From contig JBHGNT010000016.1 in the NCBI GenBank assembly GCA_043228905.1, positions 17,980,001 to 18,044,000 on the forward strand: DNA of 64,000 nt. The letters run 5' to 3'. The translations under genes and the position numbers were made by a program. Source of the stretch: Azolla caroliniana (lineage: Eukaryota > Plantae > Polypodiophyta). Positions 62,548-64,000 of the stretch are shown here, in pieces (the first letter of the stretch is position 1; each line of letters starts with the position of its first letter). Below the pieces are notes generated by a model, which saw nothing but the letters and a program-made list of their open reading frames with translations, ran no database searches and was not told the origin of the DNA.

Positions 62548-64000
62548 TATTGAGAATCAAGCTCAACCTAGTCTAGTGTGTGAACACACCCTTGAGAGTG
62601 TGCACTCAAAGGTCAAAAGTCACCACTCTTATCTACACATTAACTATGTGTCATAGAATCATATTCTATGACACATAACTAATGAGTTTTCACATTCCCC
62701 ATGACCCATGAGCTTCGGTAGTTAATGAAGAGAGAGAGTGACTATATAAAGCACTCTCCTCCTACTTTGTAATTAATTCGGTTAATCTCCTTCGTAATAT
62801 ACATCGTCTTGAGTATTTTATTGTTGTTCAAATCTATCTATCTTGTGTTTCTCTCTCACTCTCTCTCCCTCTCTCCCTCTCTCTCTCTCATACACACACA
62901 CTCACAACACATATCTCTAGTGTATTCCGCTGCACAAGAATCACCATCGATTCTTTACATGGTATCAGAGCGGTTTGGTAGCTTGATCTCGTCCATCCAC
63001 GTGTGTTGAGCTCTACGCCGACATTCAAGAAGAACCGGCTCATCGCTATCGTAGTGCGACTACATAGCTCGTATTCAAGAGAGAAGAAGAAGAAAGAAAT
63101 CTACATCGAACACCATGAATACTCAAATGGGGAGCGCTCTCCCTAGCAAGAAGTTGGATTGAAACAACTTCACATCTTGGGAGTACAAGATGCATCAATT
63201 CCTTGTCGGTCAAGGCTATTGGAGGTACATCAAAGGAGCACAAGAAAACTGGCCCGACCCGGAAGACGCCGACTATGCAACATGGGAGCAAGCGGCGAGT
63301 TGAGTAATGTATTGCTTGGCGACATGTGTTCACGGCCACATGCTCGGCTACATTTGAGAAGTCGAGATGCCGAAGGAAGCGTTGGGAAAATCTACGAAAG
63401 ATTTTTGCCACCAACACGACCGCGAGGAAGCTTCAACTCCGCCAAGAGTTGAACAACATCCAACAAAGGGATATGTCCATCACAAACTACACCTTGAAGA
63501 TCAAGGAGCTTTGTGATGCACTCCGCTCAATAAGTGTCAATGTGGAGGATGACGAAATGGTGCAAATATGCCTCGGTGGCCTTGCACCACGATTCGGCGC
63601 GATGCGGACCATTGTACTAGCACGGGAGAATCCACCCTCCTTCGATCTTCAATCTATATTATTGGTCGAAGAGAATCATGTTTGAACAAGGAGCAATGCC
63701 TCGGAAGGCCACATGCTCTACACGCATTCGAATGGAGGAAGAGGACACGACTGAGTAAGAGGCTGATTCGGCCAAGGACGAGGTTCGACTTACGACAACA
63801 ACTCCCAATTTCGGCAACAAGATGGAAGCCATTGAGGAACCTTTGGAAGAAGGGGGAGCTTCCATTCCGGTTCGAGTCGACAAAACTCGATCAAATGCGG
63901 ATATTGCGGAAAGATTGGCCATCATGAAGAAGCGTGCCGGAAGAAGAAGCGTGAGTCGGCTTCCGCAAGCTGACAACTCACAAATTATGCCACTAACTCC
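62548..64000 (+). mobile_element. Copia F 5' part inserted in copia E: LTR at 62548-62959, Met PBS, degenerate gag
   Basis: TTCTTTACA|TGGTATCAGAGC; gag motifs ARKLQLRQEL and ICLGGL; runs off the window. Confidence 0.88.

Overview
Plant nuclear DNA, probably from a seed-free land plant such as a fern or lycophyte (inferred from the retroelement lineages; low certainty). The window is mostly nested LTR retrotransposons plus one intact host gene. Bases 337-37863 reconstruct as one old, minus-strand, tRNA-Trp-primed Ty3/gypsy element (G0) expanded by nested insertions. These are: copia A, which holds a Tcn1/sushi-like chromovirus T0, which in turn holds a young sister T1; a protease-only mini-element G1; copia B, which holds gypsy G2; and LTR remnants. 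Further right are copia C with a solo LTR, chromovirus G3 splitting a hAT/BED remnant, copia D, a six-exon gene for the plastid pyruvate dehydrogenase E2 subunit (EMB3003-like, minus strand, 56395-52770, 520 aa), a LINE remnant, and copia E and F. The main observations: (1) the Trp-primed gypsy lineage repeatedly inserts at ACGT-like CpG-centred sites with 4-bp TSDs; (2) two unrelated gypsy families carry a similar antisense tRNA-like Pol III cassette in U3; (3) T0/T1 have a Tf1-type self-priming site embedded in a palindrome, with a fossil fold-back at exactly that site, plus a slippery-site/pseudoknot -1 frameshift signal; (4) there is a clear LTR-to-LTR gene-conversion footprint. All alignments and counts were done by eye, and boundaries marked as approximate are uncertain.
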